Assembly (NCBI GenBank): GCA_963771175.1
Contig: CAVYSY010000010.1
Location: 1 to 64,000 of the forward strand
Source of the DNA: an uncultured delta proteobacterium
Lineage (GTDB): Bacteria; Myxococcota; Myxococcia; Myxococcales; Myxococcaceae
Length of the DNA: 64,000 nucleotides
Direction of reading: 5' to 3'
The position numbers and the translations under genes were made by a program. The notes below the pieces were generated by a model, which saw only the letters and a list, made by a program, of their open reading frames with translations, was not told the origin of the DNA and ran no database searches. Below are positions 10,084-19,300 of the stretch, piece after piece (within the stretch, counting starts at the first letter, position 1; each line of letters starts with the position of its first letter).

Positions 10084-10977
10084 GTGACCGAGTACACTAC
10101 GCCAGTCCATGCCAGTAAGCCGGTCGTGGTCATCATCGCGACATGCCCCGGGCGCGAACAGTTGCTCCTGGGCCGTGCGCTTCCCTCCGTGTTCCGTCAG
10201 GAGCACGTCAACCCGGCCCTCGTCCTGGTCGTAGAGGATCGCGAAGAAACGGAGGCGGTGCTGTCCGGACAGGTCGAGCAGGTGCGCCGGGAGGTTCTCG
10301 CCGCTCGATTGGACATTCCGGAGGGAGCTGTCCCAGACGGGCTGTTTCCGACGATGGTGTTGCGCAATCGTCGCACCCGGGGAATGTCGGGGACGGGTGC
10401 ATGGAACACGGCAGCGGACGAGGCGCGGCTCCGAACAGGTGGAGGGTCCTTCCTGGCCTTCCTCGACGACGATGATGCCTGGATGCCTGAGTACCTGCAC
10501 CGTTGTTTGATTGCGGCGCAAAACGGCGCGGGCAGGCCCCGGACAGCATTGGTGCTGTCAGGTCTCCTACGAATGGAGGGTGAGCGCGCCCTTCCGCAGC
10601 TTCCACCGGCTCGTCTGACCCAGAGCGATTTCTTCCTGGGAAACCCTGGTGTCCAGGGGAGCAACCTGTTCATCGCGCAGGCGGTGTTCGATGCGGTGGG
10701 GGGGTTCGACGAGACAATGCCGAGCACCACGGATCGCGACCTGATGATCCGGGTCCTCGATCATCTGGAGCACGCCCCCTCGCGTCTCACCCACATCAAT
10801 ACGTGCCTGGTCATGCACTACGCGCATGATGGGGAGCGGGTGACCACGAACCCGGAGGCGAAACGTCGCGGGCTGGACCGCTTCTACGCCAAGCATTCAA
10901 AGCGGATGAGCGCCGAGGACTTGGCGCGCTCGCTGGCTCGGGCCAGGGCTTTGTTCGACTACACCCCGGAGGAGTAG
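10084..10977 (+). CDS. glycosyltransferase family 2 (GT-A) protein
   Basis: VIIAT, AFLDDDDAW, GSNLF, GGFDETMPSTTDRDL; GTG start. Confidence 0.85.
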   Translation: MTEYTTPVHASKPVVVIIATCPGREQLLLGRALPSVFRQEHVNPALVLVVEDREETEAVLSGQVEQVRREVLAARLDIPEGAVPDGLFPTMVLRNRRTRGMSGTGAWNTAADEARLRTGGGSFLAFLDDDDAWMPEYLHRCLIAAQNGAGRPRTALVLSGLLRMEGERALPQLPPARLTQSDFFLGNPGVQGSNLFIAQAVFDAVGGFDETMPSTTDRDLMIRVLDHLEHAPSRLTHINTCLVMHYAHDGERVTTNPEAKRRGLDRFYAKHSKRMSAEDLARSLARARALFDYTPEE

Positions 10978-10980
10978 GCC

Positions 10981-11811
10981 ATGGATTGGATGGGACCGGC
11001 GACGGCCGCGGTCGAAAGCCTCTCCGAGGCAGAGATCGTGGTCGGCATGCCAATGCGGAACATGGCCGCCACGGTCATGCGTTCGGCCGAGAGTGTGCTG
11101 AAGCAGGCCGGGGTTCGAGGCCGGCTCGTGTTGCTCGTGGCGGATGACGACTCGACTGATGACGGTCCACGACTGCTGTTGAGGTCCTTCGCCCGGGAGG
11201 GCCGGCTCGTCCTCGTCCGAGGACGCTTCGGGGCTGCCTGGGCGGTGCGCAACTTCATCCTTCGGGTCATCGAGCGCCACGCCCGGCGGTGCTCACTGGT
11301 CCTCCGGCTCGATGCGGATGACGTGATGGAGGAGCGAGGAGTGGTCCGAGCGGTGGAGGACTCCTTCCGCCGCGCCGTCTCCTTCCGCCATGGCTTCCGG
11401 AGTGCCTGCTCGCGGGCCCTGCTGGCGGGAAACTCGCTTGCATTGCAGGGCCGGCACCTCGATCGCCTCAATCTCCCCAACGCGAGACTGGCCCACCGCC
11501 GAGGGTTGATGGAGCGGCTGGCGGGAATGGCCGCGGGAGATCCGCTCGCGGAGCTGCCCTCCTGCAATCTCGTCCTGCGGCCGGGAGGCTGGAGGTACCC
11601 CGCGGTCGCGAGCGCCGAGGACCATTGGCTGACGGCGCGCGTCCTGCTCGAACGGGGAGTTCGCCTTGAAGAGGAGCTCGTCTACTGCCGCTACTCCTTG
11701 TCAGGTGCCGTCACCCAGCGCAACCGTGCGGAACTGCGCCACCGCGAGGCGCGGGTGTCGCTCTTCCAGGCGGTAGTGGCCCATGTCCATGGAGGACACG
11801 GTGCTCGGTAG
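10981..11811 (+). CDS. glycosyltransferase family 2-like protein
   Basis: VGMPMRN, ADDDSTD, RLDADD, AEDHWL. Confidence 0.8.
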   Translation: MDWMGPATAAVESLSEAEIVVGMPMRNMAATVMRSAESVLKQAGVRGRLVLLVADDDSTDDGPRLLLRSFAREGRLVLVRGRFGAAWAVRNFILRVIERHARRCSLVLRLDADDVMEERGVVRAVEDSFRRAVSFRHGFRSACSRALLAGNSLALQGRHLDRLNLPNARLAHRRGLMERLAGMAAGDPLAELPSCNLVLRPGGWRYPAVASAEDHWLTARVLLERGVRLEEELVYCRYSLSGAVTQRNRAELRHREARVSLFQAVVAHVHGGHGAR

Positions 11812-14566
11812 GCCAGAAGAGCGAGTCGCGACGGCTCGCACCCTGTTGGGCCGCCCGCACCTGGAGTTCCTAGGGAGCGGAGGGGAAGGCGTGGTCCTCA
11901 CGGATGGGCGGACCGTGCTCAAGGTGTTCGATGGCTGGCCAGAGTCAGAACGCGCGGAGCGTGCGCGGCTGCTCTCCTGCTTTCTCGGGCGCTTCGAGGG
12001 ATGCCGGACCCTCATTCCGCTCCAGTCCCTGGAGTGGCACGGAGGCCTCCCGACACTCGTCTATCGTTATGCGGCCTCAAGGCCCTGGAGCGGCGAGGTC
12101 GAGGGCGACCTGCTCCGTTTCCTCGCCGAGTGCTGGCACCAGGGAGTGGTCTACAACTGCGTCAATCCCACCAACTTCCGTGTCTTCTCTGATGGGCTGA
12201 AGCTCATTGATTACGGGAGTGATCTCCGCCCCTTCACCGTGAAGGATTGGGTCTACATGGCCCGCCGAGCCTTCCTGAGCCTGCGCTTCTCGCACCGGCG
12301 GGAGCTGAAGGCGCTGCTGCGCGAGGCGCTCCTGGAATGGGAGCTGCCGGAACTCGACGGCTTCTGCGGATTTCTGGATAGCGCGCTGTCCGCCTCGGAA
12401 GGAGAGCCGAATCCGGGACCGGCCGAGGCAGTGGCTCGGCTGGAGGAGGCCCTGGCCGCTCCCTCGAGCTCAAGGGGTGTGGAAACCAGTCCCCAGGAGC
12501 CGTTGGAAGTGAGCCTCGTACTCAAGGCGAGCTTTCTGGAAGGGCGAACCCTCGAGCACCAGCTCCGCCATCTCCTCGCCCAACTCAAGCACCCTCGCGC
12601 ATTCTATGAACGCCTCGTGGTGCTCGACTCGCGGCCGGGTGGGTTCGTGCGCCAGTTCGGGCCGCCTGATGCGGAGGCCGCCCTGGCCGGGCTTGGGAGG
12701 TTACTGAACGAGGGCCGAGTGGATCGTGTCCTGGTGGCCCCCACGGAGCCGGACACCGTTCGTGCGCTGAACCTTCGCTGGTTCGGCGTGGACACACCCG
12801 AAACCCATGCGGCATCCGGTGTTCCGGTGGCCCCGCAGCTCTTCGGGTTCGAGGAGGCACGGGGGCGGTACGTACTGCAGGTGGACTCGGACGCCATCGT
12901 GTGCCGCAGGGAACCGGGTCATGACTACCTGGCAGACATGGTTGCCGCGCTCCGAGCGGACCCCACGGTCGTATCAGTTGGCTTCAACATCGCCCATGCA
13001 TCTGCCAGGTTCACCCCCTACGACTCACCCGGGGAGGGTCACTTCGTCCCGGAGGTCCGGTGCTGCCTCTTCGACCGGGAGCGATTCCTCGGGCTGCGCC
13101 CGTTCCCGAATCAGCTGGAGGGCGGGCGACTGGCACGCACTTGGTATCGAGCAGTCCAGGATGCGCAGCGACAGCGGGGGCTCCGCTCCGTCCGAGGCGG
13201 GGATGGACGCACCTTCTACATCCACCCACCCAATGCCTGGAAGCCGGACGCGGCGGCCTGGTTCGACGTCGTCGACCGGGTCTCCCAGGGATACGTGACT
13301 CACCTCCAGTTCGAGCAGGTGGACCTGCGGGGAACCCCTTTCGATTGGGCCCTGCCAGCACGAACGGAGGAGCACCTCTTCCTCCTCCTGCTCGAGCGCG
13401 GTGACGAAGGGCGCTTTCCCCTCTGCTGGCGATCCCTCGTCGAGCAGAGTCGCGGAGACTGGGGGGCCATCGTCCTGGACACCACGGACGACGAGTCCCT
13501 CCGTTCCCTCATCCAGCCCGAGCATGGCCGGGTGACGTGGGTGCGCAACCCGTTTGGCGGCAGGGGCGCTGCGGGGTTGCGGCGTGCTCTAGACCGCTTC
13601 TGCGCATTGCCCCATGCGGTGGTGGTGCCGATGCGGGCCAGTGACGTGCTGCTCGGTTCGGAGGTACTCACCCACCTCCGCCGACGCTTGGTCATGGGGC
13701 ATGACTACGTGGATGCTCCCGTACTGAGCGCGGGTAGACTGGTGCAGCAGGGGGTGGCCTTCCGGCGCCAGCTCCTCCCGGCCGTACACGCCGAGGGGGA
13801 GTCGCTGGGCGCGTGGGTGCGCTCCGCACGCCTGCGTGCCCGGGCCCCCACCTCCCTGGAGGCCCCCCTCCTGGAGCGCCGACAGTGGGAGCACGAACCG
13901 AGCCCGGACGGCAAGGGGCCAGCTCCCGCCGCCGAGCCGGAAGAAGCACCGGCCATCCTTCCCGCCGGGCTCCTCGCCAGGAGGCTCCTCCTGCGCCAGC
14001 CAGACGACTACCTGCTCTTCGTCCGGCATGCGGAGAAGGCCGCGGGCTCCCGTTTCGAGCCCTGGAAATCCAATCAGCACCGTGCGCTCTCCCGATCGGG
14101 TGAGGACGAGTGCGGCTACTTCGCACGGGCCCTGACGCCACCACCCGACTTGATCGTGTGCAGCCCATTGGAGAGGACCTGGCGGACCGCGAAACGGATG
14201 CAGGAAGCACTGGGAGACCAGCCGAGCCTGCGGAGTCTCGACGCGCTGACGGGAGGACGGTTCGAGGACCATGCCCGATGGCTGGCCCTGAAGCGGGAGC
14301 TGGGGTGGGAAGCGCTCGTGCGCAGGTGGATGGAGGATCAGCTCCCCTCTGGCATCCTCACTCCCTATCGCGAGGTCATCGACACCCTCCGGGTCGCGCT
14401 CGCCGAGGCCCGACGGGAAGCCGGTGCCAAGCGAGTCCTGGTGGTGACACAGGGGTACGTGAACACCGGGCTCTTTCATCATCTTCATGGCAGAACGGAA
14501 TTCACGGGCGGGCCGCTGTTCGGCTTCCTGTGTGAATATCCTGCGGGCCTCCTGGGGCATTCATGA
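11783..14566 (+). CDS. multidomain protein: kinase-like + GT-A-like + degenerate GT2 + histidine phosphatase
   Basis: LGSGGEGVV/LKVF/NF..LKLIDYG kinase-like motifs; LQVDSD DxD motif; C-terminal FVRHAEK...SPLERT. Start may be GTG 11801 (SD GGAGGA). Confidence 0.75.
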   Translation: MSMEDTVLGRPEERVATARTLLGRPHLEFLGSGGEGVVLTDGRTVLKVFDGWPESERAERARLLSCFLGRFEGCRTLIPLQSLEWHGGLPTLVYRYAASRPWSGEVEGDLLRFLAECWHQGVVYNCVNPTNFRVFSDGLKLIDYGSDLRPFTVKDWVYMARRAFLSLRFSHRRELKALLREALLEWELPELDGFCGFLDSALSASEGEPNPGPAEAVARLEEALAAPSSSRGVETSPQEPLEVSLVLKASFLEGRTLEHQLRHLLAQLKHPRAFYERLVVLDSRPGGFVRQFGPPDAEAALAGLGRLLNEGRVDRVLVAPTEPDTVRALNLRWFGVDTPETHAASGVPVAPQLFGFEEARGRYVLQVDSDAIVCRREPGHDYLADMVAALRADPTVVSVGFNIAHASARFTPYDSPGEGHFVPEVRCCLFDRERFLGLRPFPNQLEGGRLARTWYRAVQDAQRQRGLRSVRGGDGRTFYIHPPNAWKPDAAAWFDVVDRVSQGYVTHLQFEQVDLRGTPFDWALPARTEEHLFLLLLERGDEGRFPLCWRSLVEQSRGDWGAIVLDTTDDESLRSLIQPEHGRVTWVRNPFGGRGAAGLRRALDRFCALPHAVVVPMRASDVLLGSEVLTHLRRRLVMGHDYVDAPVLSAGRLVQQGVAFRRQLLPAVHAEGESLGAWVRSARLRARAPTSLEAPLLERRQWEHEPSPDGKGPAPAAEPEEAPAILPAGLLARRLLLRQPDDYLLFVRHAEKAAGSRFEPWKSNQHRALSRSGEDECGYFARALTPPPDLIVCSPLERTWRTAKRMQEALGDQPSLRSLDALTGGRFEDHARWLALKRELGWEALVRRWMEDQLPSGILTPYREVIDTLRVALAEARREAGAKRVLVVTQGYVNTGLFHHLHGRTEFTGGPLFGFLCEYPAGLLGHS

Positions 14567-15450
14567 ACTCCTCCTTTCCGACACCCGCTTCATCCGAGGA
14601 GCCGCCGCGCCTGGGCGAGCGGGTCATCTACGCGTTGAAGCATCTGTGGCGCCACGTCCGTGTCCAACGGCCGATAACGAGCCTGCTCGGGCCCCAGTAC
14701 CGCCGCAGCCGGGAGTGCATCGAGATCGACCTGACGTGGGCCTGCAACATGCGGTGCTTGAACTGCAATCGCTCGGTCCGGCAGGCACCGACTGGCGAGC
14801 ACATGTCGCTGGAGCAGGTCCAGGCGTTCGTCGCGGAGTCGCGAGCCCGGCACGTGCGTTGGAGGAAGATCCGACTGCTGGGGGGAGAGCCGACGCTGCA
14901 CCCTCAGTTCCTGGAGATCGTCGAACTGCTATGTGTCTATCGGGAGGAACTCGGAGGGGACCTGGAAATACAGGTGGCCACCAACGGTCATGGCCCGAGG
15001 GTCCAAGCCATACTGGCCCGGGTGGAGGGCCGGGTCACCCTCGACAACTCCCAGAAGGAGTCGGACCTGCAGCCGCACTTCGGGGACTTCAACGTGGCTC
15101 CACGCGACCTGGCGAGCTATCGGCATGCGGACTTCCGCAATGCCTGCTACGTCGCGCAGGAATGCGGCATGGGGCTGACGCCCTACGGCTATTACGGGTG
15201 TGCGGTAGCTGGAGGCATCGACCGGGTCCTGGGGCTCGACCTGGGGCGCAAGTCCCTGCCGGAGGCAAGCGAGGATCTCGAGGAGCAGCTCGCGGCGCTC
15301 TGTGCCTGGTGTGGCCGATTCAAGACGGGTGACTTCATTCCGCGGGGACTCCGCCCCCCCCTGGAGGAAGAGCGGATGACCGAGAGCTGGAAGCAGGCCT
15401 ACGCACGGTGGCGAGCCGATCGCCCCCGCCTCACCCGGTACGGGCCATGA
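14563..15450 (+). CDS. radical SAM protein with a C-terminal Cys-rich (Twitch/SPASM-like) region
   Basis: CNMRCLNC, GGEPTLHP, ATNG, C..QECG...YYGC..CAWC; ATGA overlap with the upstream gene. Confidence 0.9.
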   Translation: MNSSFPTPASSEEPPRLGERVIYALKHLWRHVRVQRPITSLLGPQYRRSRECIEIDLTWACNMRCLNCNRSVRQAPTGEHMSLEQVQAFVAESRARHVRWRKIRLLGGEPTLHPQFLEIVELLCVYREELGGDLEIQVATNGHGPRVQAILARVEGRVTLDNSQKESDLQPHFGDFNVAPRDLASYRHADFRNACYVAQECGMGLTPYGYYGCAVAGGIDRVLGLDLGRKSLPEASEDLEEQLAALCAWCGRFKTGDFIPRGLRPPLEEERMTESWKQAYARWRADRPRLTRYGP

Positions 15451-16298
15451 GTCGAGCGGGCATGCTGCGCCAGGGAACTCGACGCCTGCTCGATCGCATG
15501 GGCAGAGCGGTGCGGACCTCGCAGGCCGTCACGGCGGTGTTGGGCCCGCAGTTCCGGCCAGCCACTGACCTCATCGAGATCGACATCACCTTCGCGTGCA
15601 ACTTGCGGTGCTTCAACTGTGATCGATCCTGCACCCAGGCGCCGGAGGGTGGGCGCATGACGGTGGAGCAGATCCAACGATTCGTGACCGAGAGCCGCGA
15701 GCAGGGCCGCCAGTGGCGGCGCATCCGCATCATGGGGGGAGAGCCGACGCTCCACCCGGAGTTCGCGGGCATCCTGAACGTGCTCCTATCGTGGCGTGAC
15801 GAGGAGTCTCCCGGCACGCTCCTTGAGCTGGTCACGAATGGTTACGGGGACCGGGTGCGCCGGGTGTTGGAGCGCGTTCCAGCGGGCATCCGGGTAAAGA
15901 ACACCGGGAAGGAAGAGCGTTTCCAACCCAAGTTCGAGCCCTTCAACCTCGCGCCGAGTGATGATGGACTGCTCCGGCATGCCGACTTCTCGAATGGTTG
16001 CTGGATCACGAAGGAGTGCGGCATCGGCTTGAACGCGTACGGGTACTATCCTTGTGCGGTCGCCGGAGGAATCGATCGGGTGTTCGGGGAGGACATCGGA
16101 CGCAAGCGACTTCCCTCGCCAGACGATCCGATGTCAGACCTCTTGCGTGCGAGTTGTGCCCGATGTGGCCACTTCCGTAATGGCCACTTCCTCCCTGTGA
16201 GGGAGCGGACTCCCGTAGCCGGAGAGCCTCAGTCGAGGGCGTGGCGGGAGGCCTACCGGCGGTACAGGGACGGTCGGCCAGTGCTCACCCGCTATTGA
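15447..16298 (+). CDS. radical SAM protein, paralog of the preceding gene
   Basis: CNLRCFNC, GGEPTLHP, VTNG, CWITKECG...YYPC..CARC; ATGA overlap at 15447-15450. Confidence 0.9.
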   Translation: MSRAGMLRQGTRRLLDRMGRAVRTSQAVTAVLGPQFRPATDLIEIDITFACNLRCFNCDRSCTQAPEGGRMTVEQIQRFVTESREQGRQWRRIRIMGGEPTLHPEFAGILNVLLSWRDEESPGTLLELVTNGYGDRVRRVLERVPAGIRVKNTGKEERFQPKFEPFNLAPSDDGLLRHADFSNGCWITKECGIGLNAYGYYPCAVAGGIDRVFGEDIGRKRLPSPDDPMSDLLRASCARCGHFRNGHFLPVRERTPVAGEPQSRAWREAYRRYRDGRPVLTRY

Positions 16299-16323
16299 TG
16301 GACCAGAACCCCTTTGAGGGAGC

Positions 16324-19300
16324 TCAACGCTGCATGGCCTGAAGGAGCTCCAGCGCCTCGGTGACGGCCTGCCAGACCTGCATCGCCTTGAGGCTCTCGT
16401 CGCCGCTCTGCAGCGTCCGCTTCGCCAGCCGCTCCAGCGGCGCCAGCGCGTTCTCCACCAGGGCGATCTGCCGGCCCACGTCCGCCGGCAGCGGCGCCGC
16501 TGCGGCCCGTTGCAGACGACTGCGCGGGCGTCCGCTCCGCCATCAACTTCACCGCCTGGGACATCTGCTCCATGTACCGCCCCAGGTCCGCGGGCGGCGC
16601 GGAGGCGGGAGCGGCCACCGGCTGGCGATCCGACATCGCCCTCACCGCCTGAGTGAGCTGCTCCATCACCGGACCCAGATCCGTCGTCTGCGCCGGAGCC
16701 ACCGAGCGCTCGGCCAGCGCCCTCAGCACCTTCGCCAGGTGTTGCAGGTACGGCGTCAGATCCGTCCCCGGAGGCACCTGCACCACCGGCGCCGGCAGCT
16801 CCCTCCGCGCCAGCTCCAGCAGCGCCTCGCGCAGCGCGTCCAGCCTCGGCGTCACCTCGGCCACCGGGCTCGGACCCGACGGCTTGCGCACCACCTCGGA
16901 CGCCTGCACCACCGCGTCGCGCACCGAGCCGAGCTGCTCCTCGATGGCACTGAGCTGACCCGTCACCCGGGCCACCGGATCGTCCTCCTTCCCGCCCATC
17001 CGCTTCACCCGCGCGAAGCCCTGCTTGATCTCCGCCCAGCGCTTCGCCTGCTCCGGCTTCAGCCGCCCGCGCAGCTCCTGCAGCTTGAGCAGGTTCTGCT
17101 CGGCCGCCGTGGTGAGCGTCTGCGACTCGCCCTGGTAGTGGTCGTCGAGCAGCCGCTCCAGCTCGTCGTCCGTCATCGCCGACACCACCTTCTCGGCGAT
17201 CTTGCTCATGTTGCGGTAGCTGCCCTGCAGCTTGAAGGGCGGCTCCGTGCGGAAGCGCTCGTCCTGCGCCGCCGAGGCGATGTACTCCAGGTTCACCTTC
17301 AGCAGCACCTGCTGCACCCGGAACAGCCGCTGGAACACCGCGACGATCTCCTGCAGCTCCGCCGCCGCGTAGCCGTACGACAGCTCGCCCGTGGGCACCT
17401 CCTCGCCCTTCGCCATGCGGATGAGCTTGTGGATGTCCCCCGGCTCGCGCGTGGCGAGCGGCGCCAGCGCCGCGTTCGACGTGAGCGCGTTCTCGATGTA
17501 GCTGAGCGCGAACAGCTCCTCCTTGCCGTCGAGGATGTCGCCCAGGTTGTAGGTGTCCGCGCGGTTGGCGAGCATGTCCGGAATCCGGAAGCGATCGCCC
17601 GTCTCCGTGTACGGGTTGCCGGCCATCACCACGCAGAACTTCTTGCCGCGCAGATCGTACGTGCGCGTCTTGCCGTTCCACACGCCCTCGACGCGGCGCT
17701 GGCCGTCGCACAGCGAGATGAACTTCTGGAGCAGCTCGGGGTCCGTGTGCTGGATGTCGTCGAGGTAGAGCATCACGTTGTTGCCCATCTCGAAGGCCAG
17801 GTTGATGCGCTCCACCTCCTGGCGGGCCGTGGCGTTGGGCGCCTCGGCCGGATCGAGCGACTTCACCTAGTGACCCAGCGCCGGGCCGTTCACCTTCACG
17901 AAGATGAGCCCCAGCCGGCTGGCCACGTACTCCATCAGCGTCGTCTTGCCGTAGCCCGGCGGCGACATGAGCAGCAGCATGCCCATCCGGTCCGTGCGCT
18001 TGTTCTCGCCCGCCGCGCCGAGCTGCTTGGCGAGGTTGGCGCCGATGAGCGGCAGGTACACCTCGTCGATGAGCCGGTTGCGCACGAAGGACGACAGCAC
18101 CTTCGGCGTGAACTCCTCCAGGCGCAGCTTGCGGCGCTCGCGATCCAGGATGTCCCGCAGCAGGGCGCGGTAGGCGTGGTAGGCCGGCACGCGCACCTGC
18201 CGGAAGTCGCTCAGCCGGGCGAGGAACTCGTCGAGGCGCAGCGGCAGCTTCCGGTCCTGGATGCGCGGGTGCTGGCCGAGCAGCCCCGTCACCTCGGTGG
18301 ACGGTGAGGGCACCGGCCACCTCGCGGTCCAGCTTGCGCTCGGTGAGCAGCACCACCGCGGCCTCCACCGCCACGTGGGCCGCCGCGCCCGGGCCGCCCT
18401 CGCGACGCGCCAGCCAGGCCTCCACCCACGCGCGCACCACGCGCAGGCGCTCGGGCAGGTTCTTCTCCAGGCCGCGCAGGTCGTCCTCGAAGGCCGAGCG
18501 CGTCCCCGCCCGGTCGAGCTGCGCCAGGAGCGCGTCCTTGAGGGCCACGGCCTCCCCGCTGGTGGTGAAGCGCGGCCGATCCACGCCCAGCTCCTCCACC
18601 AGGTAGCGCCCGGCGAGCCGGGCCTCCGCGGGGCCATGCGCCACGCCCACCGACTTCAGGAAGGTGCCGATGCGCTCGCCCAGCTCGTCGCCGAGGGCCA
18701 CCAGCTCCGCGGACTCGCCGAAGGCCGTCCGCAGCCGGTGCAGGCTGCGCGCGCGGCGGTGGAAGAGCGCCTTGTCCTCCTCTTCCCCGAAGGCCCAGAA
18801 CAGGGCCGCCCAGGCGCGCGGCGTGGGAGCGAAGCGCAGCAGCCCCGCCCCCGTGTGCAGCGCGAGCAGCTTCTCCAGGATGGCCGCCGCGTCCGCGTCG
18901 TGGATGCCGCGCTCGTAGCCCTCGTCGTAGCGGTCCGCCGAGTACGCGCGCACCTTCTCCAGCAGCCCGCCCGGCGCCAGCATCGCCTGGTGCAGCGCCG
19001 CGAGCGTCACGCTTCCCTTGCCCTCCTCCGCGTCGAGCAGCACCTGCGCGGCGAGGAACTCGGCGCGGTACACCTCGGGCGTCTCGGAGACGAGGTGCTG
19101 ATCCCAGAGCTCGCGGTACTTCTCGAGCTCCGGCTCCTCCAGCTTCTGGGCGTAGTCGGTGCCGGTGAGGTGGAGGTAGCAGCGCGCCGTCGCGCGGGAC
19201 CAGCGTCGAGCTCGAGCGGCTGCGTGTTGACGTTGAAGCGGTGCTTGCCGAGCTTGATGACGGCGCGCCGCCGTCCTCGAAGAGCTCGTTCCTGTCGCGC

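Noticed and set aside
14563..16298. The radical SAM pair as maturases of the 175-291 peptide
   Set aside because: They lie 14 kb away in a different operon, have no apparent RRE domain, and are coupled to glycosyltransferases.
10019..16326. Transposon or integrative element boundaries around the GT/rSAM cassette
   Set aside because: No transposase, integrase, terminal inverted repeats or target duplication found; foreign origin rests only on codon usage seen by eye.
17867..17869. In-frame TAG in the ATPase as stop-codon readthrough or pyrrolysine
   Set aside because: The same gene has several indels and no recoding machinery is visible; a base-call error is more likely.
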